Shown here piece after piece: positions 8,013-15,152 of a stretch of 20,000 bases of DNA (its first letter is position 1; the number at the start of each line of letters is the position of its first letter). Under the pieces are notes generated by a model. That model was not told the origin of the DNA, ran no database searches, and saw only the letters and a list, made by a program, of their open reading frames with translations. The DNA is taken from IMG/VR virus record IMGVR_UViG_3300037067_004188; one strand, 5' to 3'. Position numbers and translations under genes: made by a program. Source of the stretch: an uncultured virus (IMG/VR IMGVR_UViG_3300037067_004188) (taxonomy: Duplodnaviria; Heunggongvirae; Uroviricota; Caudoviricetes).

Positions 8013-8207
8013 ATGGCAAAAGTAAAGTATTTATCAGTCAAACATCCAGAGGCAATAAAGTTGCACGATTGCCCATCATTTAGTGCGACAGGAAGCATTA
8101 AGGGCATGAAAGATAAGTTTTATGGTAGAGATGCCCTTCTGGTAAGGTCAGGGAGTTACATTTATAATGTCAGTGGTTGTCCTGAGTTATACGAATTAGC
8201 ACATTAG
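8013..8207 (+). CDS. Small hypothetical phage protein
   Basis: GGAGGT RBS supports ATG 8013; contains TGSIKGMK..FYG..ALLVRSGSYIYNV. Confidence 0.75.
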   Translation: MAKVKYLSVKHPEAIKLHDCPSFSATGSIKGMKDKFYGRDALLVRSGSYIYNVSGCPELYELAH

Positions 8208-8250
8208 TTCTAATATCCTGAGCAAGATGTAAAAAGGCTTAGGGGATAAA

Positions 8251-8487
8251 ATGATCAAAGCATCTGAACTTAGAAAAAACATTGATTTCAAAGTGTTGGC
8301 AAGAAAAGACGGTCAGTTACTTATGGATAACTATAAAGATGAAGAAGCGCAGTTATGGCAGATCAACAGGAAAAGATCGACTGGTGTTCTTGAATATGGG
8401 AATACATCTTATGAGTTTATCAGACATGCCCTAAAAGAAGATTTTGAGTTTTTTGGCGTTCTTGATATGAGACCTTTAAGGGCATAG
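8251..8487 (+). CDS. Hypothetical protein
   Basis: AGGGGA RBS; operon context. Confidence 0.7.
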   Translation: MIKASELRKNIDFKVLARKDGQLLMDNYKDEEAQLWQINRKRSTGVLEYGNTSYEFIRHALKEDFEFFGVLDMRPLRA

Positions 8488-8569
8488 TGTGACGGCGCAG
8501 TAATGCGCCTGTGCGGTATAGGCAATAACGCCCTAGTCCGACTGTAAACACAAACAAGGAGTTAAGACA

Positions 8570-8863
8570 ATGGGAAACACAAAGCTAAATCAAGTTAGTA
8601 TTGGGAATTATGGCAATTACTCAAGTGACAATTACGGTTCAAGTCGTTACGTCACAATCGGCAGTCTAACGTTATATTTTTCATATAAGACGGTGATTGC
8701 ATTTGAGAATATAAGCGGTTTAACTATATGCCAAAATGACTGGGGAACTACGACAGGCAAGCACTTAAACTCAATAAGTACAGACAAATCAAAGCGTATT
8801 CCCTATGCACAGTTTAAGGAATTGCTAGACAAGGTGTTAGAGATTCACGGCTTAGCCATATAA
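8570..8863 (+). CDS. Hypothetical phage protein (YFSYxTxIA...WxxTTGKHLN type)
   Basis: AAGGAG RBS; the motif resembles small uncharacterised phage early-region proteins as recalled, not searched. Confidence 0.75.
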   Translation: MGNTKLNQVSIGNYGNYSSDNYGSSRYVTIGSLTLYFSYKTVIAFENISGLTICQNDWGTTTGKHLNSISTDKSKRIPYAQFKELLDKVLEIHGLAI

Positions 8864-8915
8864 GACGAAACCCGCTCCGGCGGGTCGGCTGTTAATTGAC
8901 AGTCTTGATAAGTCT
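8863..8915 (+). ncRNA. Type II hammerhead ribozyme, U3-A8 core variant; predicted cleavage after GUC at C8886
   Basis: agac-GAAA-cccgc(uccg)gcggg-UC-ggcuguu(aauu)gacaguc-UUGAUAA-gucu: stems I, II and III all form, and the core matches apart from the compensatory C3U/G8A change. Confidence 0.88.
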
Positions 8916-8934
8916 GAATCAACGGAGGTGTAAC

Positions 8935-9165
8935 ATGATAGTTAAAGATTTGCAGAATTTACTTGAAAACAAGCCTGATGATATGGTTATCAAATTACTT
9001 TCATGGACTAACGATCATGATCCAGAATATAAATTTATTGATCCTGACATTTCAACACAGCTTGTATCTTTAGACATGGACACTGTAACGTCAGATAAAG
9101 ACCACGCTGATCCAGAATTTGACGATTTGTATTCAGATGAGCAAGAAGTTTTATTAATAGCATAA
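8935..9165 (+). CDS. Small acidic hypothetical protein
   Basis: GGAGGTG RBS supports ATG 8935; MIVKDLQNLLENKPDDM start and a D/E-rich C-terminus. Confidence 0.75.
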   Translation: MIVKDLQNLLENKPDDMVIKLLSWTNDHDPEYKFIDPDISTQLVSLDMDTVTSDKDHADPEFDDLYSDEQEVLLIA

Positions 9166-9177
9166 CGGAGGTGTGCA

Positions 9178-9477
9178 ATGTTTGTTTTATGGCTAAATGC
9201 AAGCGGGCATAAGGCAAAGGATATACCAGAGCTACGGCAGACCTTATTAAGTCTGAGCAGTCAGATATTTGAGAAGTGCGTAAAATCCTACATAACCGTT
9301 GAGCAGTCTGATGGTTACGTTGGTGAGCATATCTTTGACACTAAAGCTGTTCGGAACATGGTGCATACTATTTCAAAGATAGATTCAGACATGGCGACTA
9401 TTGCGGAATGTGCTGAGTTATGCAATCAGTTTGCGATACTGAGAGCAAACAATAAGGAGGAATCCAGGCAATGTTAG
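9178..9477 (+). CDS. Hypothetical protein
   Basis: GGAGGTG RBS. Confidence 0.7.
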   Translation: MFVLWLNASGHKAKDIPELRQTLLSLSSQIFEKCVKSYITVEQSDGYVGEHIFDTKAVRNMVHTISKIDSDMATIAECAELCNQFAILRANNKEESRQC

Positions 9478-9818
9478 ACAAAAAAAATTTCATTAAAAAG
9501 GTAAATGATTTGGGTTCCCTTATAGGTTTTTCGGTTGAGGACACATCAATAGAAAACTACATAAATTCTGCTATTCTAAGAAATAAAGGTACAAGACAGG
9601 AGATTCACGTTTTTAACGGTCATTATGGCAAGGAAAACAAAATCTCTATACAGGGTGAATTATCAGGAATAAAGATAAATGAGTTACTACCGTGTATCCA
9701 CATAGCCGAAACAAAAACAGCAGAGCAGATCAAGAAAGACATTGATCGTCATTTAATGCCAAGCTACATGCTTATATTAAAGAAGGCTTTAGCGGATCAG
9801 CGAAAGGTTAGCGAATGA
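9471..9818 (+). CDS. Hypothetical protein
   Basis: AAGGAGG RBS; coupled to the upstream gene. Confidence 0.7.
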   Translation: MLDKKNFIKKVNDLGSLIGFSVEDTSIENYINSAILRNKGTRQEIHVFNGHYGKENKISIQGELSGIKINELLPCIHIAETKTAEQIKKDIDRHLMPSYMLILKKALADQRKVSE

Positions 9819-10096
9819 ACGGACTAAATGAATCACTAAGAGCATGTCAAACTAATCCTTCTGAATCTAACCTTGACGTTCTTGATGGGTTATTAAAGTC
9901 AGGGCATGGGTTACGGATAACGTATAAACCAGAGCAAATGAAATATCTGGACAAGCGAAACAGTGATCGCAATTCGATTCGTAATTATTCAGGGATTAGC
10001 AAGACAAAGAGCGTCTTTTGGCTGTGTTATTGTACAGGAATGTTTTTAGAATATCGGATGATGGTTGATATTCAAGCGATAAAGGATATAAAATAA
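9815..10096 (+). CDS. Hypothetical protein
   Basis: ATGA overlap with the upstream stop. Confidence 0.65.
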   Translation: MNGLNESLRACQTNPSESNLDVLDGLLKSGHGLRITYKPEQMKYLDKRNSDRNSIRNYSGISKTKSVFWLCYCTGMFLEYRMMVDIQAIKDIK

Positions 10097-10106
10097 CAGA
10101 GGTGCA

Positions 10107-10334
10107 ATGATGACCGAAGAGACGAAACGTTTAATCAAAGAGAATGTTGAGGTATTCAAGCTAGAGGAGTTTATAAGTGTGTGCGCGTGGTGTGGCAAAT
10201 GGCGTTCAGGTGATAATTGGTTCAATGCGCCTATTCCAAAAGGTAAGAGATCGCATGGGATATGTCCAGATTGTTATAAGAAATTCAATGCTGGCGTTCC
10301 TTATGATGAGGTGACAAAAACATGGCTAAAGTAA
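10107..10334 (+). CDS. Small Zn-binding protein
   Basis: GAGGTG RBS; VCAWCGK...SHGICPDC motif. Confidence 0.75.
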   Translation: MMTEETKRLIKENVEVFKLEEFISVCAWCGKWRSGDNWFNAPIPKGKRSHGICPDCYKKFNAGVPYDEVTKTWLK

Positions 10335-10525
10335 TTTTCAATGTTGGAGATCAAGTTTATGTTGTTTCTATTGGTATGACGGCGATCGTACTGTCAAGGG
10401 CAGGCGATCAATACAGGATTAAGCGTGCAGATGGTAAGTTTGACTATGTGATGTCTAACGGTCTGGTGAGGTGTAAAAATGAATCACAGACACAGAAAAT
10501 CAACGAGGAGGCAGCGCAGGCGTAA
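10322..10525 (+). CDS. Small SH3/KOW-like beta-barrel protein
   Basis: GAGGTG RBS; FNVGDQVYV...AIVL...YRIKRADG pattern. Confidence 0.6.
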   Translation: MAKVIFNVGDQVYVVSIGMTAIVLSRAGDQYRIKRADGKFDYVMSNGLVRCKNESQTQKINEEAAQA

Positions 10526-10625
10526 GGTCAGGCGTTCCCTTCCCCTTATGCTTGCATGGGTAACAATCTTTATAGAGTGCTGGAAGCGTAATAACAGGCA
10601 GAGATGCCGAAAGGTCAGAAAATAG
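10479..10625 (+). CDS. Arginine-rich small peptide (48 aa)
   Basis: GAGGTG RBS just upstream; MNHRHRKSTRRQRRRKVRRSLPLMLAWVTIFIECWKRNNRQRCRKVRK; ends just before the cassette B promoter. Confidence 0.5.
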   Translation: MNHRHRKSTRRQRRRKVRRSLPLMLAWVTIFIECWKRNNRQRCRKVRK

Positions 10626-10628
10626 CCC

Positions 10629-10658
10629 TTGACGTGGGCGTTCTCTTTGTGGTAATAT
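10629..10658 (+). promoter_or_regulatory. Sigma70-type promoter of wHTH cassette B
   Basis: TTGACG-N18-TAATAT with the same TGTGG extended -10 as cassette A. Confidence 0.6.
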
Positions 10659-10662
10659 GGAT

Positions 10663-10809
10663 GTGTCAGCGGTTGAGCATTTAGCTAGTGCTGAACCATC
10701 AAGCTGGCACAACCATTTGTGTGATGTTATGTGGGATAATCTCCCCCAGAGATAACTCCGATTGGTAGACATAGCATCACACATCCTTACTACCAAAGAG
10801 GAGAACGCC
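10663..10809 (+). ncRNA. Structured 5' leader B (candidate cis-regulatory RNA)
   Basis: Hairpin with loop ttagcta; 15-bp stem 10718-10732/10769-10783; loop ctcc-ga-ttggtag complementary to ctaccaa-aga-ggag (SD). Confidence 0.6.
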
Positions 10810-11151
10810 ATGAGACCACCAAAAAAGCACGTCAAGCAATTTCTAAGACTTTCACACGAATTAGTCAAATCAGAACGTTACAACAATTTATCACATCCAG
10901 CTATAATCATTCTAAATTATAGTATGATTTTCTATTACGACAATGATCCTTTTCATCCTTTTAGCTTGCCATATTCAGAAATAAAAAGCGTTTTGCATAT
11001 CGGCAAGACAACAATAGCGAAAGCAATCAAACAATTAATAGATGGCAAATACTGGATTTTAATTAATAAAGGTGGGCGAAATAGGTCAGCTATTTATCGC
11101 CATAACCATTCATTATTGAGCGTTTATGAAGAATCCACAAGTCCTGTTTAG
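10810..11151 (+). CDS. Small winged helix-turn-helix DNA-binding protein (paralogue B)
   Basis: GAGGAG RBS supports ATG 10810; YNNLSHPAIIILNYS..FYY...PYSEIKSVLHIGKTTIAKAIKQLIDGKYW...GGRNRSAIYRHN. Confidence 0.8.
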   Translation: MRPPKKHVKQFLRLSHELVKSERYNNLSHPAIIILNYSMIFYYDNDPFHPFSLPYSEIKSVLHIGKTTIAKAIKQLIDGKYWILINKGGRNRSAIYRHNHSLLSVYEESTSPV

Positions 11152-11229
11152 GACTAATCAGAGACGTAATAAGTCCTGTTCTGGACTAAAGAATGACTGT
11201 TTTTGGGGTCATTAGTCCTGTTCTGGACT
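11140..11229. repeat. Three iteron/operator-like palindromes, AGTCC-N6-GGACT
   Basis: agtcctgtttaggact (11140), agtcctgttctggact (11172 and 11214). Confidence 0.85.
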
Positions 11230-11435
11230 GTTCCTATGTACTAGACTATTTCCTATACTTTAAGGTATGTTTGATTAACTATAATTCTTTTGTAAAGCCA
11301 CAAAAGAATCAAAAAGGCTGTCTTCTCTACGTCTAAAGCCAAGCAGGATAGCTTATAGCGGGGGCAATATCTATCAATTAGGTGAGCCTGTGGCTATTTG
11401 ACCTCTTTAGACTGCGAGAATGAGTTAAAGAGCAA

Positions 11436-11468
11436 AATCCCTGATTTGAATATGTAGGTCAGGGATTA
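11436..11468. terminator. Hairpin in the convergent intergenic region, possible terminator
   Basis: aatccctga...tcagggatt inverted repeat flanked by A/T tracts, downstream of the minus-strand HTH gene. Confidence 0.45.
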
Positions 11469-11527
11469 ATTTTGCCCATTTTTGCCACCTGTGCGCCTCT
11501 CACAGCTTACGCCAGCCATAATACCTA

Positions 11528-12199
11528 TCAGAACGCACCCTCTGCCTTCAAAGAGTCCCACACAGCCATTATCTCATCTTGGAAGCGTTCCCTATTATAT
11601 CCCACAGAGCCAAATTTGATAACTACCTGTTTCATTATGGCATCAGGCGAGTTTCCCAATTCCAGATTGACGTTGAGATTCTTATTGATATTTTCAACCG
11701 TGCTTCTTTGCTGATATTGGTTTATTATTTCAAGTAGCTTGATAAGTGGTTGATAAGAAGTTTCGCCATGCTTCCAGAGTCCTGCGATAATGTCAGGATA
11801 GGCATTTTCGATCACTACTTTGGTACATGCGATTAATGAGTCCGTGCAAGTAGGATTTTTCTTAAAATTTGCTACTGCGTCTCTTTGTACTCCCGCCCTT
11901 TTAGCTATCTCGGTATCGGTAGTTCTTTTAAAAATATTGCGGTCAACATTGAATTTCATAATCTCAAGATGGGCTAGGAGTATTTTTCTCTGTACTGCGG
12001 TCAATCCAGCCGTCACTTGTAGTTCTCTAATATCATTCTGGATTCTCTTTGCAATTATGTCTTTTGGTATTTGTTTCTTGGCAAAAGGTTTTAGATTGGA
12101 TTGCTCAGGAATAAATTGAGATTGGTACTCAACTGCACTCATAGTTTTATCAATAATAGTGTTAGTTGGGTATTCGTCATTTACGTCATTTTTGGTCAT
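11528..12199 (-). CDS. HTH protein, phBC6A51-like; probable terminase small subunit
   Basis: LTAVQRKILLAHLE...TTDTEIAKRAGVQRDAVANFKKNP HTH followed by helices and a NINKNLNVN strand. AGGAGG RBS and promoter position support ATG 12199. Confidence 0.55.
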   Translation of the reverse strand: MTKNDVNDEYPTNTIIDKTMSAVEYQSQFIPEQSNLKPFAKKQIPKDIIAKRIQNDIRELQVTAGLTAVQRKILLAHLEIMKFNVDRNIFKRTTDTEIAKRAGVQRDAVANFKKNPTCTDSLIACTKVVIENAYPDIIAGLWKHGETSYQPLIKLLEIINQYQQRSTVENINKNLNVNLELGNSPDAIMKQVVIKFGSVGYNRERFQDEIMAVWDSLKAEGAF

Positions 12200-12218
12200 A
12201 TATAATCCTCCTACAACG

Positions 12219-12247
12219 ATTATAAGAAAGAATCTGAAAAAAGTCAA
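12219..12247 (-). promoter_or_regulatory. Leftward promoter for the TerS-like gene
   Basis: Minus strand TTGACT-N17-TATAAT. Confidence 0.8.
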
Positions 12248-12256
12248 ATAATTTCC

Positions 12257-12285
12257 TTGACATTGCCTAAAATATAGTTTATAAT
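12257..12285 (+). promoter_or_regulatory. Rightward consensus promoter, back-to-back with the leftward one
   Basis: Perfect TTGACA-N17-TATAAT. Confidence 0.9.
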
Positions 12286-12323
12286 CATTAATAAATGACT
12301 ATTAAGTTTGAAAGATAGAGGAG

Positions 12324-12638
12324 GTGACGCTTTTGAAGGCAAACGAAATAAAGGATTTGAAGCCCCTGAGTTCCAAAGACGTAATGAGAATCTATAAGAT
12401 TTCTTACGTGTCTCTCTGGAAGTGGGTTAAATCTGGGTGTCCACGACACGAACTGCATAAAGGCAGACGAATTTTGTGGATATATTACCAGAAAGAGATT
12501 AATGAGTGGCTGGAGAAGGACAAGTCTAGGTATCGTCAGGCTGTTGCGGAGGCAGGCATAGAAGCAGGCAAGCGTAATCGGCGTAGGCGTGATAAGTATT
12601 TTATCAATTATCCAGACCCGCCAGAAGAAGAAAAGTAG
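12324..12638 (+). CDS. Excisionase/MerR-like HTH DNA-binding protein
   Basis: LSSKDVMRIYKISYVSLWKWVKSGCP...YYQKEINEWL. Confidence 0.75.
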   Translation: MTLLKANEIKDLKPLSSKDVMRIYKISYVSLWKWVKSGCPRHELHKGRRILWIYYQKEINEWLEKDKSRYRQAVAEAGIEAGKRNRRRRDKYFINYPDPPEEEK

Positions 12639-12644
12639 GATATA

Positions 12645-12842
12645 ATGAAAATAGACTGGGATCCAGAATCAAAAAGAATGATAGCTAATATGTCCAAAGA
12701 GGAAGCGTGGGCATTATCAGAGCAACTATCCAAGATTGACATAATGAATAAGAAAGGGCATAGTTGGATAGCAAAAAGATACTTGCGTTCTTTTGGTGCT
12801 ATGATAAGGAAAGTAGACAAGCAATTAAAAAAGGCGATATAA
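12645..12842 (+). CDS. Hypothetical protein
   Basis: Operon context. Confidence 0.65.
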   Translation: MKIDWDPESKRMIANMSKEEAWALSEQLSKIDIMNKKGHSWIAKRYLRSFGAMIRKVDKQLKKAI

Positions 12843-12860
12843 TCGCCAATGAGGTGTTAT

Positions 12861-13052
12861 ATGGAAAAAATAATTGAAGTTTTAGAATTGATGTATGAGC
12901 AAGTTAGGAAATATTCTGGTGAAATATGTGGCGATATTGGTGACGAAAATAGTGTTGAAACTTGTGATAATGAAGATCGTTGTCCGTTATTCCAATATTG
13001 CCAAAATGATTTAAGAATAAAGAAATTACTTCGTGAATTAAAAGAGGCATAA
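12861..13052 (+). CDS. Small Cys-containing hypothetical protein
   Basis: GAGGTG RBS supports ATG 12861 (MEKIIEVLE...). Confidence 0.65.
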   Translation: MEKIIEVLELMYEQVRKYSGEICGDIGDENSVETCDNEDRCPLFQYCQNDLRIKKLLRELKEA

Positions 13053-13213
13053 GCCCCAAGCGTCCAGCCACGAGTGTGGTGAGCGAATCAGTCTGTATGC
13101 TAATGGATGTTGACGCAGGCATGGTAGAGGAGATAATGTACTAGGTTATATTCAATTCAGTATGTGGCGGGGTGCTATGTCGGTAGTAATCCCGCCTTAT
13201 CTGGAGGTCAAAT

Positions 13214-13471
13214 ATGGCAAATGAAGCAAGATTCTTGAGCATGGACAAATCAGACCTAGAGGGAATGGCAAGCGAACTTGGGCATGTCTTTGATATGCTA
13301 GGTCACATATTAAAAAGAGATGATCGGATTCTTCCAAGCACAAAGGTAACTCTTGAAAAAGAACGATATGTATTAGCTACCTATCTTATTCCGATTTGTT
13401 GCGTCTGTGCAGGATCACCAGCAAGATACGTTAATGACGCTTGGTATTGTGAAAAGTGCATGAATGAATAA
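13214..13471 (+). CDS. Hypothetical protein with C-terminal Zn finger
   Basis: GGAGGT RBS; CCVCAG...WYCEKC. Confidence 0.7.
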   Translation: MANEARFLSMDKSDLEGMASELGHVFDMLGHILKRDDRILPSTKVTLEKERYVLATYLIPICCVCAGSPARYVNDAWYCEKCMNE

Positions 13472-13709
13472 AAAATCTAAAAAATCAAAAAAATTAAACA
13501 AGTTACAAAACACCCATACGCCAATTTCCACTTTACAGGCGAATTTTGAAGTGGATTTACGTGTAGCGACATTTATGGATAGGCTTGAATCGCTTGATTG
13601 TGGGGTTGGGGATTGGGGTGATTGTGAAAGCGTCTCAGATTTTCAGGCTGGGTTTTCTTGTGCAAAGTCAAAAATCCTTGAATTGCTAAAAAAGAAAGGG
13701 GGAATATAA
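13464..13709 (+). CDS. Hypothetical protein
   Basis: Coupled ORF in the operon. Confidence 0.6.
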   Translation: MNKKSKKSKKLNKLQNTHTPISTLQANFEVDLRVATFMDRLESLDCGVGDWGDCESVSDFQAGFSCAKSKILELLKKKGGI

Positions 13710-13710
13710 T

Positions 13711-13971
13711 ATGCCAGTTCACATTTTAAGTGAGGATTATACGGAACGCTGTGTCTCGGCGGCTAACCTTTACGTTGAAAGTTACAACAAGAATATGAAA
13801 AACGAGATATTACAAGGTATATGCTTGCCACTGGATAAGGCGTTCAAACAGGATAGGTTCAAGTCTATGACAGGTCAGGAATGGGTTGATGAATATGATG
13901 GTATGATACGTTGGGATCAGATCAACATGATCGCCAAAAGGATAGAGGAAATAGGTGTCATTCATGAGTGA
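13711..13971 (+). CDS. Hypothetical protein
   Basis: GGGGG RBS; coupled ORF. Confidence 0.7.
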   Translation: MPVHILSEDYTERCVSAANLYVESYNKNMKNEILQGICLPLDKAFKQDRFKSMTGQEWVDEYDGMIRWDQINMIAKRIEEIGVIHE

Positions 13972-14755
13972 ATATCACGGCATGGCTGAAAACGTGCTAA
14001 CCGTTAGCAAGATCAATACCTATCTGTCTTGTAGTGCGCAATTTTGGTTTCAATATATCGAGAAGGTTAAGGCTTATAGCAGGTCTAGTCTGCTTATAGG
14101 TAGCGCCTTCCATAGTGCAGAGGCTACCAATGACGCACAGAAGATTGAATCTGACGAGGATATGCCTGTGGATGCTGTTTGTGACGTATTTAACGATCAG
14201 TTTAACGAGGGCGCTCATGAGACGCTCTTTATGCAGGATGAGGATAAGGGCAAACTGAAAGATGATGGCTATGGGCTTATCAACGTCTATAACAAGATCG
14301 TGACGCCTGACATACATCCAGTGGCAGTTGAGACTAGGTTCGAGTTAAAGCTATCCAATACGGATATGGTCTTTGCTGGGAAGATGGACGTTATCACGAA
14401 GGATAACAAAATCATAGAGCGTAAGACAAAGAGAGAAAAACCTTCAAGTGTTGAGAATCAACATAAGTTACAGTTGACCGCCTATAACGCTGGCTATCAG
14501 GTAACGCACAAAGAGAAGCCGAAGGAATCACGTTTGGACTACTGCGTCATGACAAAAACTCCACAATGCCTGTCTTACGTGGTGGACGTTACTGATAGCG
14601 ACACCAAGTATCTCGTCAGCATGATTAATCTGGTCAAGGAATCGTTGGATAAGGGGGTTTTTATTCCCAATCGTAATTCAATGATGTGTTCTCGTAGATA
14701 TTGTATGTATTCAGATTTATGCGAAACCAAATTCGGTGGCGCAGTAAAGGAGTGA
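13964..14755 (+). CDS. PD-(D/E)XK exonuclease, RecB/Cas4-like, with a probable Fe-S cluster
   Basis: SKINTYLSC, GSAFH, VETRF...GKMDVITKDNKIIERKT, QLTAY and C-terminal CSRRYCMYSDLC. Confidence 0.9.
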   Translation: MSEYHGMAENVLTVSKINTYLSCSAQFWFQYIEKVKAYSRSSLLIGSAFHSAEATNDAQKIESDEDMPVDAVCDVFNDQFNEGAHETLFMQDEDKGKLKDDGYGLINVYNKIVTPDIHPVAVETRFELKLSNTDMVFAGKMDVITKDNKIIERKTKREKPSSVENQHKLQLTAYNAGYQVTHKEKPKESRLDYCVMTKTPQCLSYVVDVTDSDTKYLVSMINLVKESLDKGVFIPNRNSMMCSRRYCMYSDLCETKFGGAVKE

Positions 14756-14758
14756 GTT

Positions 14759-14932
14759 ATGGATAAAAGTCTTTATGATCTATTTAAAGACAGCGAGTTT
14801 GGCAAAGAGGATGCAGGTCGGGCAGACGAGATATACGCCGAGTGGGGTGGTCGGTTGCCAACAATCGTAGCGGAACATCTCGAAGAAAGAGAGCGTATGA
14901 CACGGTTCTTAAAATGCACGAAGGGGGATTAA
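14759..14932 (+). CDS. Small hypothetical protein (57 aa)
   Basis: AAGGAG RBS; MDKSLYDLFKDSEFG...; fills the operon gap exactly. Confidence 0.7.
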   Translation: MDKSLYDLFKDSEFGKEDAGRADEIYAEWGGRLPTIVAEHLEERERMTRFLKCTKGD

Positions 14933-14933
14933 T

Positions 14934-15152
14934 TTGGAACAATGTCAGGTTTGCAAACGCAACTTTCCAGATCATTTGATACAGCCACTTATTACAAACA
15001 AAGACCCGATAGAAAAAATCTGTCCTTTATGCGCACTTAAAGAAGTAAATAAGAGGCATGGATTACCTAAAAACACGCCATTTCATGGGGATATGGCACA
15101 ATCGTTATGGCAAGAGGCTAAAGATTACTTGGAGGAAACCAATGGAAAATGA
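14934..15152 (+). CDS. Small Zn-finger protein
   Basis: CQVC...CPLC; GGGGG RBS with TTG start. Confidence 0.75.
   Translation: MEQCQVCKRNFPDHLIQPLITNKDPIEKICPLCALKEVNKRHGLPKNTPFHGDMAQSLWQEAKDYLEETNGK

Noticed and set aside
8487..8551. Twister or twister-sister ribozyme assignment
   Set aside because: Only fragments of the consensus (UAAUGC, GGU...AGUCC) are present and the required pseudoknot pairings are missing, so it is kept as an unassigned structure.
4342..8915. Functional link between the Thg1-like protein and hammerhead cleavage products
   Set aside because: Hammerheads leave a 5'-OH whereas Thg1 needs a 5'-phosphate, and no polynucleotide kinase is visible here.
13050..13110. HDV-like/theta ribozyme suggested by GCUAA before a closing stem
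   Set aside because: No P1 pairing and no UCC-containing L3 could be built.
13964..14755. Cas4-like nuclease as a sign of CRISPR-Cas
   Set aside because: No cas1/cas2 and no repeat-spacer array; solo Cas4/RecB-like nucleases are common in phage recombination modules.
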